A stretch of DNA of 60,564 nucleotides, filler included. It is 6 parts of 6 records of this genome, joined end to end, with 100 filler letters (N's around TTAATTAATTAA, not from the genome) between each part and the next. Parts side by side here need not be neighbours in the genome. Positions count along the whole stretch, not along the records: positions 9,957 to 16,188 come from SRR31156797_38893; positions 16,289 to 23,088 come from SRR31156797_39040; 4 more parts are not named here. The stretch is one strand, 5' to 3'. Position 1 is the stretch's first letter, and the number at the start of each line of letters is the position of its first letter. The notes beneath the pieces are model-generated. The model saw only the letters and a program-made list of their open reading frames with translations, had not been told where the DNA came from and did not search any database. A program made the position numbers and the translations under genes. Below, piece after piece: positions 10,050 to 19,627 of the stretch.

Positions 10050-11249
10050 CTAACGCTGTCCCCATTTCAGGCTCGGCTCTCTCCAGTCCGTAATGGGTTC
10101 AAATATTTTCTTTTCGGCATTGCACTGCAGAACCCTGTAAAAATGGGTGCCCTTGCGCACGCCCGGTGCGTATTCGATCTTTCCGTTGCCGCCGGTGTCG
10201 AAATCCTTGATGCTATCAATGGCGTCTATCAGTTTTTCCCTGGTCAGGTCGGGCCCGACGTCCTGAAGCGCCTGGGTGAAGAGCATCATCGAATTCCAGA
10301 GCAGAGGTAACAGGTTTACGTTTAACATTGCTTCCGCGCCTGCTTCGGTAAAGAGCCTTTCCAGCTGTTGCCAGCCCTTTGTTTTTTCATTCCTCATGCC
10401 CAGATTAAAAAAGTGGTAATGCCCGTCGGCGAGCTTGCCGGCCATAAAACTACGCGGGTCGACCGTGACATAGTCGCCGAAAAACACCGGCTTCCAGCCT
10501 ATCTTGTTTGCTTCCGTCAGCAGGCTGGCGTACACCGGAGCATAACCCGCGTAAAAGCAATGGGTCACGCCTTTCGCTTTAAGCTTCATAGCCTGTGCGT
10601 TCAAATTCTTGGATCCCTTTTTGTAAGGCGCGGCTACGAACTTGTACCCGTATTTTTTACAGGCGATCTCCAGGCCCTTTAAGGCGGATTTACCCCATTC
10701 GTCATCCTGGTAGCAGACGCCGAACTTGGGATCCTTGACCTTTAAATCATTGATCACATAGTCGACCATCATAATGGCGTTGTCTTCGTCACTGCAGGCG
10801 TACCAATACAGGTACCTGCTCGGCGGATCAAACATGGTCTGCACGGTGGCCATTGTCGGAACGACCGGTATCTTGGCCTTGGTAATATCATCCTTGACCG
10901 CTGTGCAGGGTCCGGAGCCATAAACCATGACGAGGGCGAAAACCTTGTGCTTATCCACCAGCTTGGTAAAAGCGGTCTTGGTTAAAACCGGGTCGTACTT
11001 GTTGTCTTCAACGGCCAGGGTCAGCTTGCGGCCGTGAATTCCGCCCAGTTCTTCATTCACATACTTCATCCAGACTTTTAACGTGGTGGTGCACATTTTT
11101 CCCAGGTACGCGCCGGGTCCGGACAGGTCCTGGAAAGTGCCCAAGTGAATGGTGTCCTTGGTGACGCCCACTTCCGCCAGGGCTGTCGAACCCATAAGGA
11201 CCATGCATAAAGATGCAAAGAGAAATAGAATTCTTATCGACTTCTTCAT
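10050..11249 (-). CDS. ABC transporter substrate-binding protein (LivK/Peripla_BP_6-like)
   Basis: Signal peptide MKKSIRILF...TALA, GVTKDTIHLG, DLSGP and GGIHGRKL. Start reassigned to ATG 11249 behind AAGGAGG. Confidence 0.88.
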   Translation of the reverse strand: MKKSIRILFLFASLCMVLMGSTALAEVGVTKDTIHLGTFQDLSGPGAYLGKMCTTTLKVWMKYVNEELGGIHGRKLTLAVEDNKYDPVLTKTAFTKLVDKHKVFALVMVYGSGPCTAVKDDITKAKIPVVPTMATVQTMFDPPSRYLYWYACSDEDNAIMMVDYVINDLKVKDPKFGVCYQDDEWGKSALKGLEIACKKYGYKFVAAPYKKGSKNLNAQAMKLKAKGVTHCFYAGYAPVYASLLTEANKIGWKPVFFGDYVTVDPRSFMAGKLADGHYHFFNLGMRNEKTKGWQQLERLFTEAGAEAMLNVNLLPLLWNSMMLFTQALQDVGPDLTREKLIDAIDSIKDFDTGGNGKIEYAPGVRKGTHFYRVLQCNAEKKIFEPITDWREPSLKWGQR

Positions 11250-11318
11250 AGCTCCCTCCTTTGGCCGGGTTGGTTTTAAAAATGATTCCCGGAAAACCAT
11301 GCGGCTTCCGGCGATCTT

Positions 11319-12365
11319 CTAATATGTGTATGGCCAGGTCGTCCAGTACCTCTTAATGCGAATCCAGATGCCGACCAGGCCTTGCGGTTCTAACAGGAGG
11401 AATAAAATAATCACCAGGCCGTATACCGTCACGTCGATCGACCCGATACGTGAAGCGAAATCAGGATAGCTGGAGGCCAGCGGCCCGGAAATCTCGCCAA
11501 TGACAACCGGCAGGAGGGTCATGAATATGGCCCCCAAAATAGACCCCAAAACCGTGCCCATGCCGCCCACGATTATCATGCCTATATACAATACCGACTG
11601 GTTGAACGTGTATAAATCCGGTCCGATATGACCGGCCAGGTATCCATACATTCCGCCGGCCATGCCCGCGATAAAGGCGCTGACTATAAAAGCCAGTATC
11701 TTATACTTGGCCACGTGGATGCCGATTATTTCCGCGGCAATGTCCCTGTCCCTCACCGCGACCAGGGCCCTTCCCGTACGGCTCATCACCAGGTTCTTGG
11801 TAAAAATCGCCGTAACCACAACCATAAACAGGATAACGTAGTAATAAGATTCCTTGGCTTCCAGGCTGATGCCGGCCAGGGTTGCCGGCGGAACCAATAT
11901 GCCCCGGTCCGCCTGGGTCAGGCTTTCCCAGTGAAAAAATACGTGTTCGGCAATAAACTGAAAGGCCAGCGTGGTGACCACAAGGTATAACCCCCGCAAA
12001 CGGAGAGTTGGGATTCCAACAACAGCCCCAAGGACCGCGGAAAGAAGACCCGCCAGCGGGATGGTCGCTATAAAAGGCAATCCCGCCTTGGTCGCCAGAA
12101 TGGCCGCCGTGTAACCGCCGATGCCCATGAAAGCGCCGTGGCCCATGGATATCAGCCCGGTTAATCCGGTCAGAATATTAAGGCCCAACGCCGCAATGAT
12201 CGATATGCCGCAAACGCAGGCTACATGAACATAATACGGGCCGGCGAAAAAAGGCAGGGCGAGCAGGATAAAAAATAGAATTATCAGACTTGTTTTATGG
12301 GTCGGACTCGGAAAAACCCTTAAATCCTGCTGGTACGTTCTTTTACAAAACCTGGTAACCGCCAT
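11319..12365 (-). CDS. livM: Branched-chain amino acid-type ABC permease (LivM-like)
   Basis: GLNILTGLTGLISMGHGAF, LRLRGLYL, GRALVAVRD and multiple TM segments. Confidence 0.85.
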   Translation of the reverse strand: MAVTRFCKRTYQQDLRVFPSPTHKTSLIILFFILLALPFFAGPYYVHVACVCGISIIAALGLNILTGLTGLISMGHGAFMGIGGYTAAILATKAGLPFIATIPLAGLLSAVLGAVVGIPTLRLRGLYLVVTTLAFQFIAEHVFFHWESLTQADRGILVPPATLAGISLEAKESYYYVILFMVVVTAIFTKNLVMSRTGRALVAVRDRDIAAEIIGIHVAKYKILAFIVSAFIAGMAGGMYGYLAGHIGPDLYTFNQSVLYIGMIIVGGMGTVLGSILGAIFMTLLPVVIGEISGPLASSYPDFASRIGSIDVTVYGLVIILFLLLEPQGLVGIWIRIKRYWTTWPYTY

Positions 12366-12486
12366 GATCTTATCCGTCCAACCTCCTAAGGAGCAAAACT
12401 TGGTTCCGCGGCGGGCGACGCCCCAAATAATTTATAAATTCAATACGCATGCTTCGCTATGGATGCAGCTCAGCTGCCCGCTGCTG

Positions 12487-13371
12487 TTAGACCCGCTCGA
12501 TTTCCTTGGTGCCAAACAATCCGTACGGGCGAATCATCATGACTATCAATACGATTACAAAAGCGGCGATCTCCTTGATGCCGCTGCCAAGGTATTCTTC
12601 AAGGTAAAAATCGGCCAGGTTTTCAACCACTCCAATAATCAAACCGCCGACAATCGCCCCCAGGACGCTGTCAAGGCCTCCAAGAATAACAGCCGGCAGG
12701 GCCCTCAGCCCGGTGAAGCCCATGTGCGGCTCCAGGAAAGTAAAGCAGGCCAGAAACGTTCCAGCCACTGTAGCCACAAGAGAAGCAATGACCCAGGACG
12801 CCGTAAAAACGCCCTTTACATTTATGCCCATGAGAAAAGCCGTGGTCGTATCCTCGGCCGTGGCCCGCATGCTGATCCCGGAACCGGAATATTTGAAAAA
12901 TATGAAAAACACGGCCAGCAGAACTCCCGTGGCCAGAATGGTGAAAACTTCAGCATAGTTTATGGCCGCACCGAAAATCAGGATCGGGTCCATGGGAAAT
13001 GGATTCGGGAACTGTAATTCTTCCGGCCCCCAGATCAGTCCGGTCAATCCCTTCAGCACGCTGGCCAGACCCAAAGTGACCATAATCACGGAAAGCACCG
13101 GCTCCCCGACCATGGGCCGGACAACCATCATCTCCAGCAAAGCCGCCAAAAGCCCCATTATCACCAGCGTTATCAGGAAGCCTATTACAAATGGAATTTT
13201 CAGATAAATAATAACCGAAAACGCGGCATAGGCGCCGACCATCATCAGTTCAGGCTGAGCGAAATTAAATATGTCCGTTGATTTCAAGATCAGGACAAAT
13301 CCCAGGGCAATGCAGGCGTAAACGCTGCCCCAGGCCAATCCGGTCACGGTAAGCTGAAAAAATATCTCCAT
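12487..13371 (-). CDS. livH: Branched-chain amino acid-type ABC permease (LivH-like)
   Basis: ALGFVLI...FNFAQ, GISMRATAED, ILGGLDS and RPYGLFG. Confidence 0.85.
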   Translation of the reverse strand: MEIFFQLTVTGLAWGSVYACIALGFVLILKSTDIFNFAQPELMMVGAYAAFSVIIYLKIPFVIGFLITLVIMGLLAALLEMMVVRPMVGEPVLSVIMVTLGLASVLKGLTGLIWGPEELQFPNPFPMDPILIFGAAINYAEVFTILATGVLLAVFFIFFKYSGSGISMRATAEDTTTAFLMGINVKGVFTASWVIASLVATVAGTFLACFTFLEPHMGFTGLRALPAVILGGLDSVLGAIVGGLIIGVVENLADFYLEEYLGSGIKEIAAFVIVLIVMMIRPYGLFGTKEIERV

Positions 13372-13476
13372 TAACAACCCCTGGAACTATACAGTCGAAA
13401 TCAGATTTTAGCTTGTAGTTAAAAATCAGGATCAAGGGTCAGCGCCGACCTCAAGGCCGGCGGCCGACCGTCCCCG

Positions 13477-15282
13477 TCACCTCGCCCCATACATATCTTC
13501 AATGATGTGTCCGAATTTTTTATTAACCGTCTTGCGCCGCAACTTCAGCGTCGCCGTCAATTCATCGTCGTCATGGTCCAGTTCTTTTTCCAAAAGCCGG
13601 AATTTCTTTATTTTTTCCACCTGGGCGAATTCCTTGTTAGCCTGTTCAACCTCTTCGGTTATCAGTTCCACTACCTGGGAATTCTGGCTCAGGCTCTTGA
13701 AAGTCGTATAGGCGATGCTCCGCTCCTGCGCCCACTTGGCCACATTGTCGTATTCAATCTGAATAAGCGCGGTCAGAAATTTGCGGCCGTCGCCGATAAC
13801 AATGGCTTCATTGATATACGGGCTGCATTTAAGCCGGTTTTCTATTTCCGACGGGGCGATATTCTTGCCGCCCGATGTTATGATGATTTCCTTTTTCCTG
13901 TCTGTTATCTTCAGCCGGCCGTCTTCATCAAATTCGCCCACGTCGCCGGTGTGAAGCCAGCCGTTCTGCACGGTCCTGGCCGTGGCTTCCGGGTCTTTGT
14001 AGTAACCCACGAAAATATGGTTGCACTTCAGAAGAATCTCCCCGTCCTCGGCTATCTTTATTTCCACTCCCGGTATGGGTTTGCCCACAGTGCCCAGCCT
14101 TATATCATCGGGCAGGTTGCACGTTCCGATTCCGGTTTCCTCGGTCATGCCCCAGCCTTCAATTACCGGAATTCCCAGGGAATGAAAGTACTTGAGAACC
14201 TCGGGCGCGATGGGCGCCGCGCCGCTTATGGCGATTTTGGCGCGCAAAAGCCCCAGCTCCTTTTTAAGGTGCCTGAAAAGAGCGATATAGCCGATAGAGT
14301 ACTTTAACTTCAGCGCAGGGGAAATCGCTCCGCCGGAAAGCTTTGCCTCGGCCATTTGCTCCCCGATCGGCCTGAAGTAGTCATAAAACTTTCTTTTGAG
14401 CCAGGATGCGTCTTTCATCTTTATGATGATGGATGCCATCATCTTTTCCCAGATGCGAGGAACCGCCAGGTAAAACGTCGGCAGAATTTCCCGCATATCA
14501 CTAAAAACCGTATCCACGCTTTCCGCGAAATTCACCGTGGCCCCTGAATTAATCGGGAAAAAAACCGACATCATGCGCTCGGCCACATGACACAGAGGCA
14601 GGTAGGAAACAATTTCGTCCTGGTCTGTCTGGGGAATTACCTGGCTCTGGGCCTTTAAAAACTGGACTACGTTATCGTGGCTCAACATGGCCCCCTTGGG
14701 CGGGCCGGTCGTGCCGGAGGTGTAAACCATTATGGCCACATCGTCCGAAGACAGCTTTTCCACCAGGTGATAGTATATATCCGGGTCTTTTGCCTCTACC
14801 CCTTCTCCTATATTCTCTACTTGCTCGAATGACAGGATCATGGGGTCGTCGTAGTTGCGAAGCCCTTTCATATCCATGACGAATATATTCTTAAGCATGG
14901 GCAGTTCGTCCCTGACCTCAAGAACCTTGTCCACCTGTTCCTGGTCGTCGCAAACCACGAAAACCGAATCGGAATGTCCGATCACGTATTTCGCTTCCGC
15001 AGCCGGATTGGTCGGGTAAACTCCCACGGCCACGCCCCCGGCGCTTTGCGTCGCCAGGTCGGCGTACAGCCACTCGGGTTCGTTCTCGCCGAATATGCTG
15101 ACGTGATCGCCCGGCTTCAAGCCGAGTTCAATCATACCCAGGCAAAAATGGCGAACGTGACGGCAGTAGTCGTTCCAGGATATTTCTTGCCAGATCCCGA
15201 ACTCCTTTTCTCTAAGAGCCGTGCGGTCGCCGTACTTTTTTACCTTACCCAAAAAAATATGAGGAATAGTGTCCGCTCTCAT
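13477..15282 (-). CDS. Long-chain fatty acid-CoA ligase embedded in the ABC operon
   Basis: YTSGTTGPPKG, GWGMTE, WLHTGDVG, TDRKKE and TATLKLRR. Overlaps the livG stop by 4 nt. Confidence 0.92.
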   Translation of the reverse strand: MRADTIPHIFLGKVKKYGDRTALREKEFGIWQEISWNDYCRHVRHFCLGMIELGLKPGDHVSIFGENEPEWLYADLATQSAGGVAVGVYPTNPAAEAKYVIGHSDSVFVVCDDQEQVDKVLEVRDELPMLKNIFVMDMKGLRNYDDPMILSFEQVENIGEGVEAKDPDIYYHLVEKLSSDDVAIMVYTSGTTGPPKGAMLSHDNVVQFLKAQSQVIPQTDQDEIVSYLPLCHVAERMMSVFFPINSGATVNFAESVDTVFSDMREILPTFYLAVPRIWEKMMASIIIKMKDASWLKRKFYDYFRPIGEQMAEAKLSGGAISPALKLKYSIGYIALFRHLKKELGLLRAKIAISGAAPIAPEVLKYFHSLGIPVIEGWGMTEETGIGTCNLPDDIRLGTVGKPIPGVEIKIAEDGEILLKCNHIFVGYYKDPEATARTVQNGWLHTGDVGEFDEDGRLKITDRKKEIIITSGGKNIAPSEIENRLKCSPYINEAIVIGDGRKFLTALIQIEYDNVAKWAQERSIAYTTFKSLSQNSQVVELITEEVEQANKEFAQVEKIKKFRLLEKELDHDDDELTATLKLRRKTVNKKFGHIIEDMYGAR

Positions 15283-16070
15283 CCTATGGCCCTACCCTCC
15301 ATCACATCCTGGTATTGCTCTCCCAGGTAGGCTTTCTGGACTTCCGGATCTTTCTGGATCTCTTCCGGAGAACCCTCGGCGATCTTGACGCCGAAATCCA
15401 GAACGCAAATACGTTGCGATATGTCCATCACAACGTCCATATCATGTTCGATCATGACAATGGTCGTGCCCAGCTCTTCATGAATGTCCAGCACGAAACG
15501 GGCGATATCTTCCGTTTCCTCAAGGTTCATACCGGCCATGGGCTCGTCCAGTAATAAAAATTCCGGCTCCTGGGCCAGGGCCCGTCCAAGCTCCACTCTC
15601 TTCTGAACGCCATACGGCAGGTTGGATACAAGATGTTTCCGCCATTGCTCCATTTCCAGAAAATCAAGAATCTCTTCTACCTTGCGACGGTGATCGCTTT
15701 CCTCACTGGCCATGTACCCCATGGTTGCATTCTTGAAAAAGCCGGATTTGAAATGGTTGTGGCGGCCCAGAAGCATGTTGTCGATAACATTCATGTTGGA
15801 AAAAAGTTCGACATTTTGAAAAGTGCGGGCAATGCCCAGCTTGGCGACCTGGTCCGGCCGTAACCGCGTTATATCTTTTCCGTTATAAAGAATCCGCCCC
15901 TTTTGAGGCCTGTAAAATCCACTTATACAGTTAAGCAGCGATGTTTTTCCCGCTCCGTTCGGCCCTATGCAGGCATAGAGCTGACCCTTTTCCACGGCCA
16001 GCGACACATTGCCGAGTGCCGTTATTCCGCCGAAAGTCAAAGTAATGTCGTTAATTTCAAGAAGCGCCAT
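15279..16070 (-). CDS. livG: ABC ATP-binding protein (LivG-like)
   Basis: GPNGAGKT, RTFQN, LPYGVQK, LLLDEP, EHDM and AYLG. Confidence 0.88.
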   Translation of the reverse strand: MALLEINDITLTFGGITALGNVSLAVEKGQLYACIGPNGAGKTSLLNCISGFYRPQKGRILYNGKDITRLRPDQVAKLGIARTFQNVELFSNMNVIDNMLLGRHNHFKSGFFKNATMGYMASEESDHRRKVEEILDFLEMEQWRKHLVSNLPYGVQKRVELGRALAQEPEFLLLDEPMAGMNLEETEDIARFVLDIHEELGTTIVMIEHDMDVVMDISQRICVLDFGVKIAEGSPEEIQKDPEVQKAYLGEQYQDVMEGRAIG

Positions 16071-16188
16071 TATTCCACCCGACTTGAATTTGCATTTGGC
16101 AAAGCTTTATGGGAACAGCAAGCCGATCCGAAAAATTAAAATCCGGTCCAGCGACTCAGGAGTAGCTGAGCTACATCTACAGTGTAGC

Positions 16189-16288
16189 NNNNNNNNNNNN
16201 NNNNNNNNNNNNNNNNNNNNNNNNNNNNNNNNTTAATTAATTAANNNNNNNNNNNNNNNNNNNNNNNNNNNNNNNNNNNNNNNNNNNN
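16189..16288. other. Artificial contig spacer
   Basis: N44-TTAATTAATTAA-N44. Confidence 0.99.
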
Positions 16289-16317
16289 TTTAAATAAAAA
16301 CACTTATGGACTTTATT

Positions 16318-17532
16318 TTAATGACCAAGCAGCATCACGTCAAATAAACTTCCCGCTTCAACCCGCTCGACCCCTTCCGACAAGAGTATCAAAGCGTTTT
16401 TTTGGGCCATCGAGGATAAACGACTGGCCCCCTTCAAGGGCTGGGCGTTCCACTCCCCTTCTTCACAAGACGCAATAGCGTGGACAACCTGGGTCCAATT
16501 GGACTGTCCCTCCATGGTTTCCGTTAACCTGGCCTTTACAACAGGAAATACAGGGCCTTTTCGCCCCATCATGGCCATAATTCCAGGCAGGGCCAACAAT
16601 AGAAAGGCTGCTTCATGGGAAGGAGGCCCTCCGGGCAAAATAAAAAAGGAACGTCCCTTCAATAATCCGAAACCGGCCGCCTTGCCGGGGCCTAACCTGA
16701 CCCGATGAAAAAAGCCTTGCCAACCCCACTCATTCAACAAGTTGGGAACAAGATCCCGCTCGCTTCCCCAGGATCCTCCGCTGGTGATAAATAAATCAAC
16801 CTCATCAAGAAGGCTTTTAACGGCCTCGGCAATGCCTTCCTTGCTGTCCGGAGCGATCCGGGTGCGGATATCCTTTATGCCGAAAGCCCTGAGCCAGGCC
16901 ACTGTCTCAACCATGTTGCTGGCATAAAGCTTGCCCTCCGGGAGCGGAGCTCCAGGGGCAACGACTTCATCCCCCGTGCCTATAACCGCTACCGCGGGAA
17001 GCCTCTTGACTTCCACCCTTTCAATACCTGCCGCCGCTATAAGACCTATCAGGGCAGGATGAAGGACTTCACCCCGGCCGGCAAGCAATTGGCCCTGGTG
17101 AACATCCACTCCCCTGTATAGCACGTTTCTGCCGGGACCGGCGTCCCGCATGCAATAAATTTCACTGTCGACCTCTTCAGCGTATTCGCTGGAAAGAACC
17201 GCATCCGCTCCCGGAGGTAATGGCGCCCCTGTGGTCACCTTTATGGCCGAACCTTTTTCAAGCGGCGCCCCGGGCAGTTCCCCCGCAACCTGCGTGCGAA
17301 TCAGTTTCAGCTTAATCCGGTTTTCAGGGGATGCATTTTCAATACTTTCTGAATGAACGGCAAAACCGTCCTTAAGCGAGGCAGTGACCGAAGGGCTATC
17401 CACCAGGGCGTGCAAGTCGCTGGTAAGAACCCGACCGCACATGTCAACCAGTGACACCAAATCATTTGGTAAGTCGGGTACATTATCCAATATCAATTGC
17501 AGGGCTTCTTCAAATCCGATTTTGTGCAACAT
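16318..17532 (-). CDS. moeA: Molybdopterin molybdo/tungstotransferase MoeA (divergent)
   Basis: DGFAV, TGAPLPPGADAV, TGDEV, YASN, TSGG, PGK and LPG in the MoeA layout, 404 aa. Confidence 0.85.
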   Translation of the reverse strand: MLHKIGFEEALQLILDNVPDLPNDLVSLVDMCGRVLTSDLHALVDSPSVTASLKDGFAVHSESIENASPENRIKLKLIRTQVAGELPGAPLEKGSAIKVTTGAPLPPGADAVLSSEYAEEVDSEIYCMRDAGPGRNVLYRGVDVHQGQLLAGRGEVLHPALIGLIAAAGIERVEVKRLPAVAVIGTGDEVVAPGAPLPEGKLYASNMVETVAWLRAFGIKDIRTRIAPDSKEGIAEAVKSLLDEVDLFITSGGSWGSERDLVPNLLNEWGWQGFFHRVRLGPGKAAGFGLLKGRSFFILPGGPPSHEAAFLLLALPGIMAMMGRKGPVFPVVKARLTETMEGQSNWTQVVHAIASCEEGEWNAQPLKGASRLSSMAQKNALILLSEGVERVEAGSLFDVMLLGH

Positions 17533-17557
17533 ATTATATTCCGGCCAAGGTTTTAAT

Positions 17558-17642
17558 CCCCCATGGGGGCTTAATTCCCCGAAGCTTGATTCGCCTTTTC
17601 AACGGCATTTTCCGGTTGGCGCCCCGTAGATGGCTGCGGGGC
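17558..17642. repeat. Cluster of short GC-rich palindromes (REP-like)
   Basis: CCCCCATGGGGG (17558-17569), CCCCGAAGCTTGATTCG (17577-17593) and GCCCCGTAG-ATGG-CTGCGGGGC (17621-17642). The last two look like variants of one palindromic unit. Confidence 0.4.
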
Positions 17643-17691
17643 AATCATTACATCGAAGTCTAGATACAGGGAATAATCAGAAGAGTCAATT

Positions 17692-17880
17692 TAAAAGGGG
17701 CGGCCGCCGGCTTCCGAAAAAAACCAGCGGCCTTGAAGCTTCCTAAGACGCCGTGAAGAACTGTCGGTCGACGTCCCGTCTATTAAAGGCTATGCCATTT
17801 TCTGCGGGACTCGCCGATCAGACCGGGCACGAACACCCAAGAAGCCCGGGCTGAAGGTATAGACCCCAAACCCCATCATT
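17692..17880 (-). ncRNA. Candidate stand-alone structured ncRNA (~190 nt), family unassigned
   Basis: No long ORF. Bounded by a near-consensus sigma70 promoter and a 12-bp terminator-like stem. Several internal helices, e.g. UCGGCGAGUCCCG/CGGGACGUCGACCGA and GCUUCUUGGGUGUUCGUG/CACGGCGUCUUAGGAAGC. Confidence 0.55.
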
Positions 17881-17886
17881 AAACAC

Positions 17887-17915
17887 ATATTATCTAACAA
17901 TGGCGTCTTTGTCAA
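17887..17915 (-). promoter_or_regulatory. Sigma70-type promoter
   Basis: Minus strand TTGACA-N17-TAATAT with an AT-rich upstream tract. Confidence 0.65.
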
Positions 17916-18023
17916 GCAAATTTTAATAATTTATATAAAATTATATTATAATGATGACGTCTCACAAGCAAGTATTCTAAATGTAGTTCAAAGAACAAAA
18001 AAATACCTGCGAATTCAAGACAA

Positions 18024-19538
18024 CTATCTGGTTTTTCTACTTAATAATTTGTCGCTCAGGTATCTTAACAAGCCGGGCGGAGGAGGAAGTTGCCGGCTTT
18101 CCTTGGGTCGCGCCTGGAAAAACGATTTTTCAGGCGTCTCAGTGCGTTTTTGCTCCAGCCATATCAATCCGTCATATTCACCGCTGTTGCCCCGTGTGCC
18201 CACAAAATCAATCAATCCATCGCCGTTGAGATCCAGTGGGATAAAGGCGTCAAACATACCGCGCATTCGCCGTGAAACATAATGACGCTTCCATGGCGCT
18301 GAAAGTTCTTCAGGCTGTTCAAACCAAAAAATCCCCCCGGCCCTGTATAGCACGCCGGGTTCGGGCAGATCATGGTTGCGCGGGTCTTGGCTGTACCCGC
18401 CGGTAAAAAGATCCAAACGGCCGTCCCCGTTAATATCATAAAGAGTCAAAGCCGTGGGTGAATCGGGAAAAACCGCGCCAATGGGATGTATGGTCCAGGG
18501 TTGGTCCCAGTTTCCGGGTTGCTCCAACCAGACAATGCTCCATGGAGTTTCAAAAGTTATGATATCCAACCTGCCATCTTTGTTCAAATCGGCAAACGCC
18601 AGAACCATGCCGCTTAATTTCTTGGGCAGGCGAGGCTTTTCCGGGACGGACCTGTTTGCCACATTAATAGGCCGTTTCTTGAACCTGGGCGGGTCGGCGT
18701 TTTCATTTTCAAATATTACCATTCGACTCTCACCCCTAGACCCGGCCAGAATATCCGGATCTCCGTCGCCGTCCAGGTCAACCGGGCGGGAATTCACTGG
18801 AACAAGGAATTTTCCAAGCTGATTTTCAACCCATGCTTTGTCGTCCAAAGGATTGTCCGGAATATTGAACCAGGAAACAGGACTGGGCGGTACATCCATT
18901 GAACCGAATCCGCCGTGCATTTTAATGCTCTTGTTGGTCGCCGTTGCTTCCGGCTTTCCGTCGCCGTTTAAATCCGCCAGGTAAACCCTAATCCACGAAT
19001 CCTTTCCCATGGCGACTTTAGGCAGGCAGAATTTCCACTGTTTCGGATCGCGAACCGCCGCCCCCGATTCTATGCCCGGATTTTGAAAATAAACAATTGA
19101 TCCGCCTTCACAGGCAAACAAAAGATCAGGGCTTTTATCGCCGTTGACGTCGCCTATGGCCGGGTCTTCAACCCCTTCCACGAAATCCCCGCCGGCCAGG
19201 GTGATCAACTCCCATTGATCCGGGTCCCCGGTTCCAAAAGCCAGGCGAATGTGATTGCTGTCCTCATGAACCGAAACAATATCCAAATGGCCGTCGCCGT
19301 CCAGATCGGCGGCTTCAAGTCCATCCGCCCCCCTCAATCGCAGGCCTCCGGCCTTTTCCTGATCATCGATTCGGTGTTCTACCCAACTGATATAACGGCC
19401 GTCAGCCCCCCTGGCTTCCGTCTTTCTTGATGCAACCGGGTCGCTTTCCCTGGTGACAAGAATCCCGATATAACCGGCCATTATAATTATGGCCAGAATC
19501 AAAAAAAGGCCGATGAGCAGCTTTATCAGTTTTTTCAA
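18024..19538 (-). CDS. Membrane-anchored VCBS/FG-GAP repeat beta-propeller protein
   Basis: N-terminal hydrophobic anchor and seven D-x-[DN]-x-D-x-x-x-[DE] repeats: DLDGDGHLD, DVNGDKSPD, DLNGDGKPE, DLDGDGDPD, DLNKDGRLD, DINGDGRLD, DLNGDGLID. TTG start behind GGAGGAG. Confidence 0.8.
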   Translation of the reverse strand: MKKLIKLLIGLFLILAIIIMAGYIGILVTRESDPVASRKTEARGADGRYISWVEHRIDDQEKAGGLRLRGADGLEAADLDGDGHLDIVSVHEDSNHIRLAFGTGDPDQWELITLAGGDFVEGVEDPAIGDVNGDKSPDLLFACEGGSIVYFQNPGIESGAAVRDPKQWKFCLPKVAMGKDSWIRVYLADLNGDGKPEATATNKSIKMHGGFGSMDVPPSPVSWFNIPDNPLDDKAWVENQLGKFLVPVNSRPVDLDGDGDPDILAGSRGESRMVIFENENADPPRFKKRPINVANRSVPEKPRLPKKLSGMVLAFADLNKDGRLDIITFETPWSIVWLEQPGNWDQPWTIHPIGAVFPDSPTALTLYDINGDGRLDLFTGGYSQDPRNHDLPEPGVLYRAGGIFWFEQPEELSAPWKRHYVSRRMRGMFDAFIPLDLNGDGLIDFVGTRGNSGEYDGLIWLEQKRTETPEKSFFQARPKESRQLPPPPGLLRYLSDKLLSRKTR

Positions 19539-19627
19539 AGTTCACTCCTCCCAATTGTCGAAGTTTCTCAAAAGAACGGAAAAATCCACCGATCAGCCCG
19601 TGCAGGGACTATGTCCTCATAAAAACT

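Noticed and set aside
17533-17880. Moco/Wco riboswitch or SRP RNA upstream of moeA
   Set aside because: I could not find the Moco motif consensus or the SRP GGAA-loop domain IV. Kept only as an unassigned ncRNA candidate.
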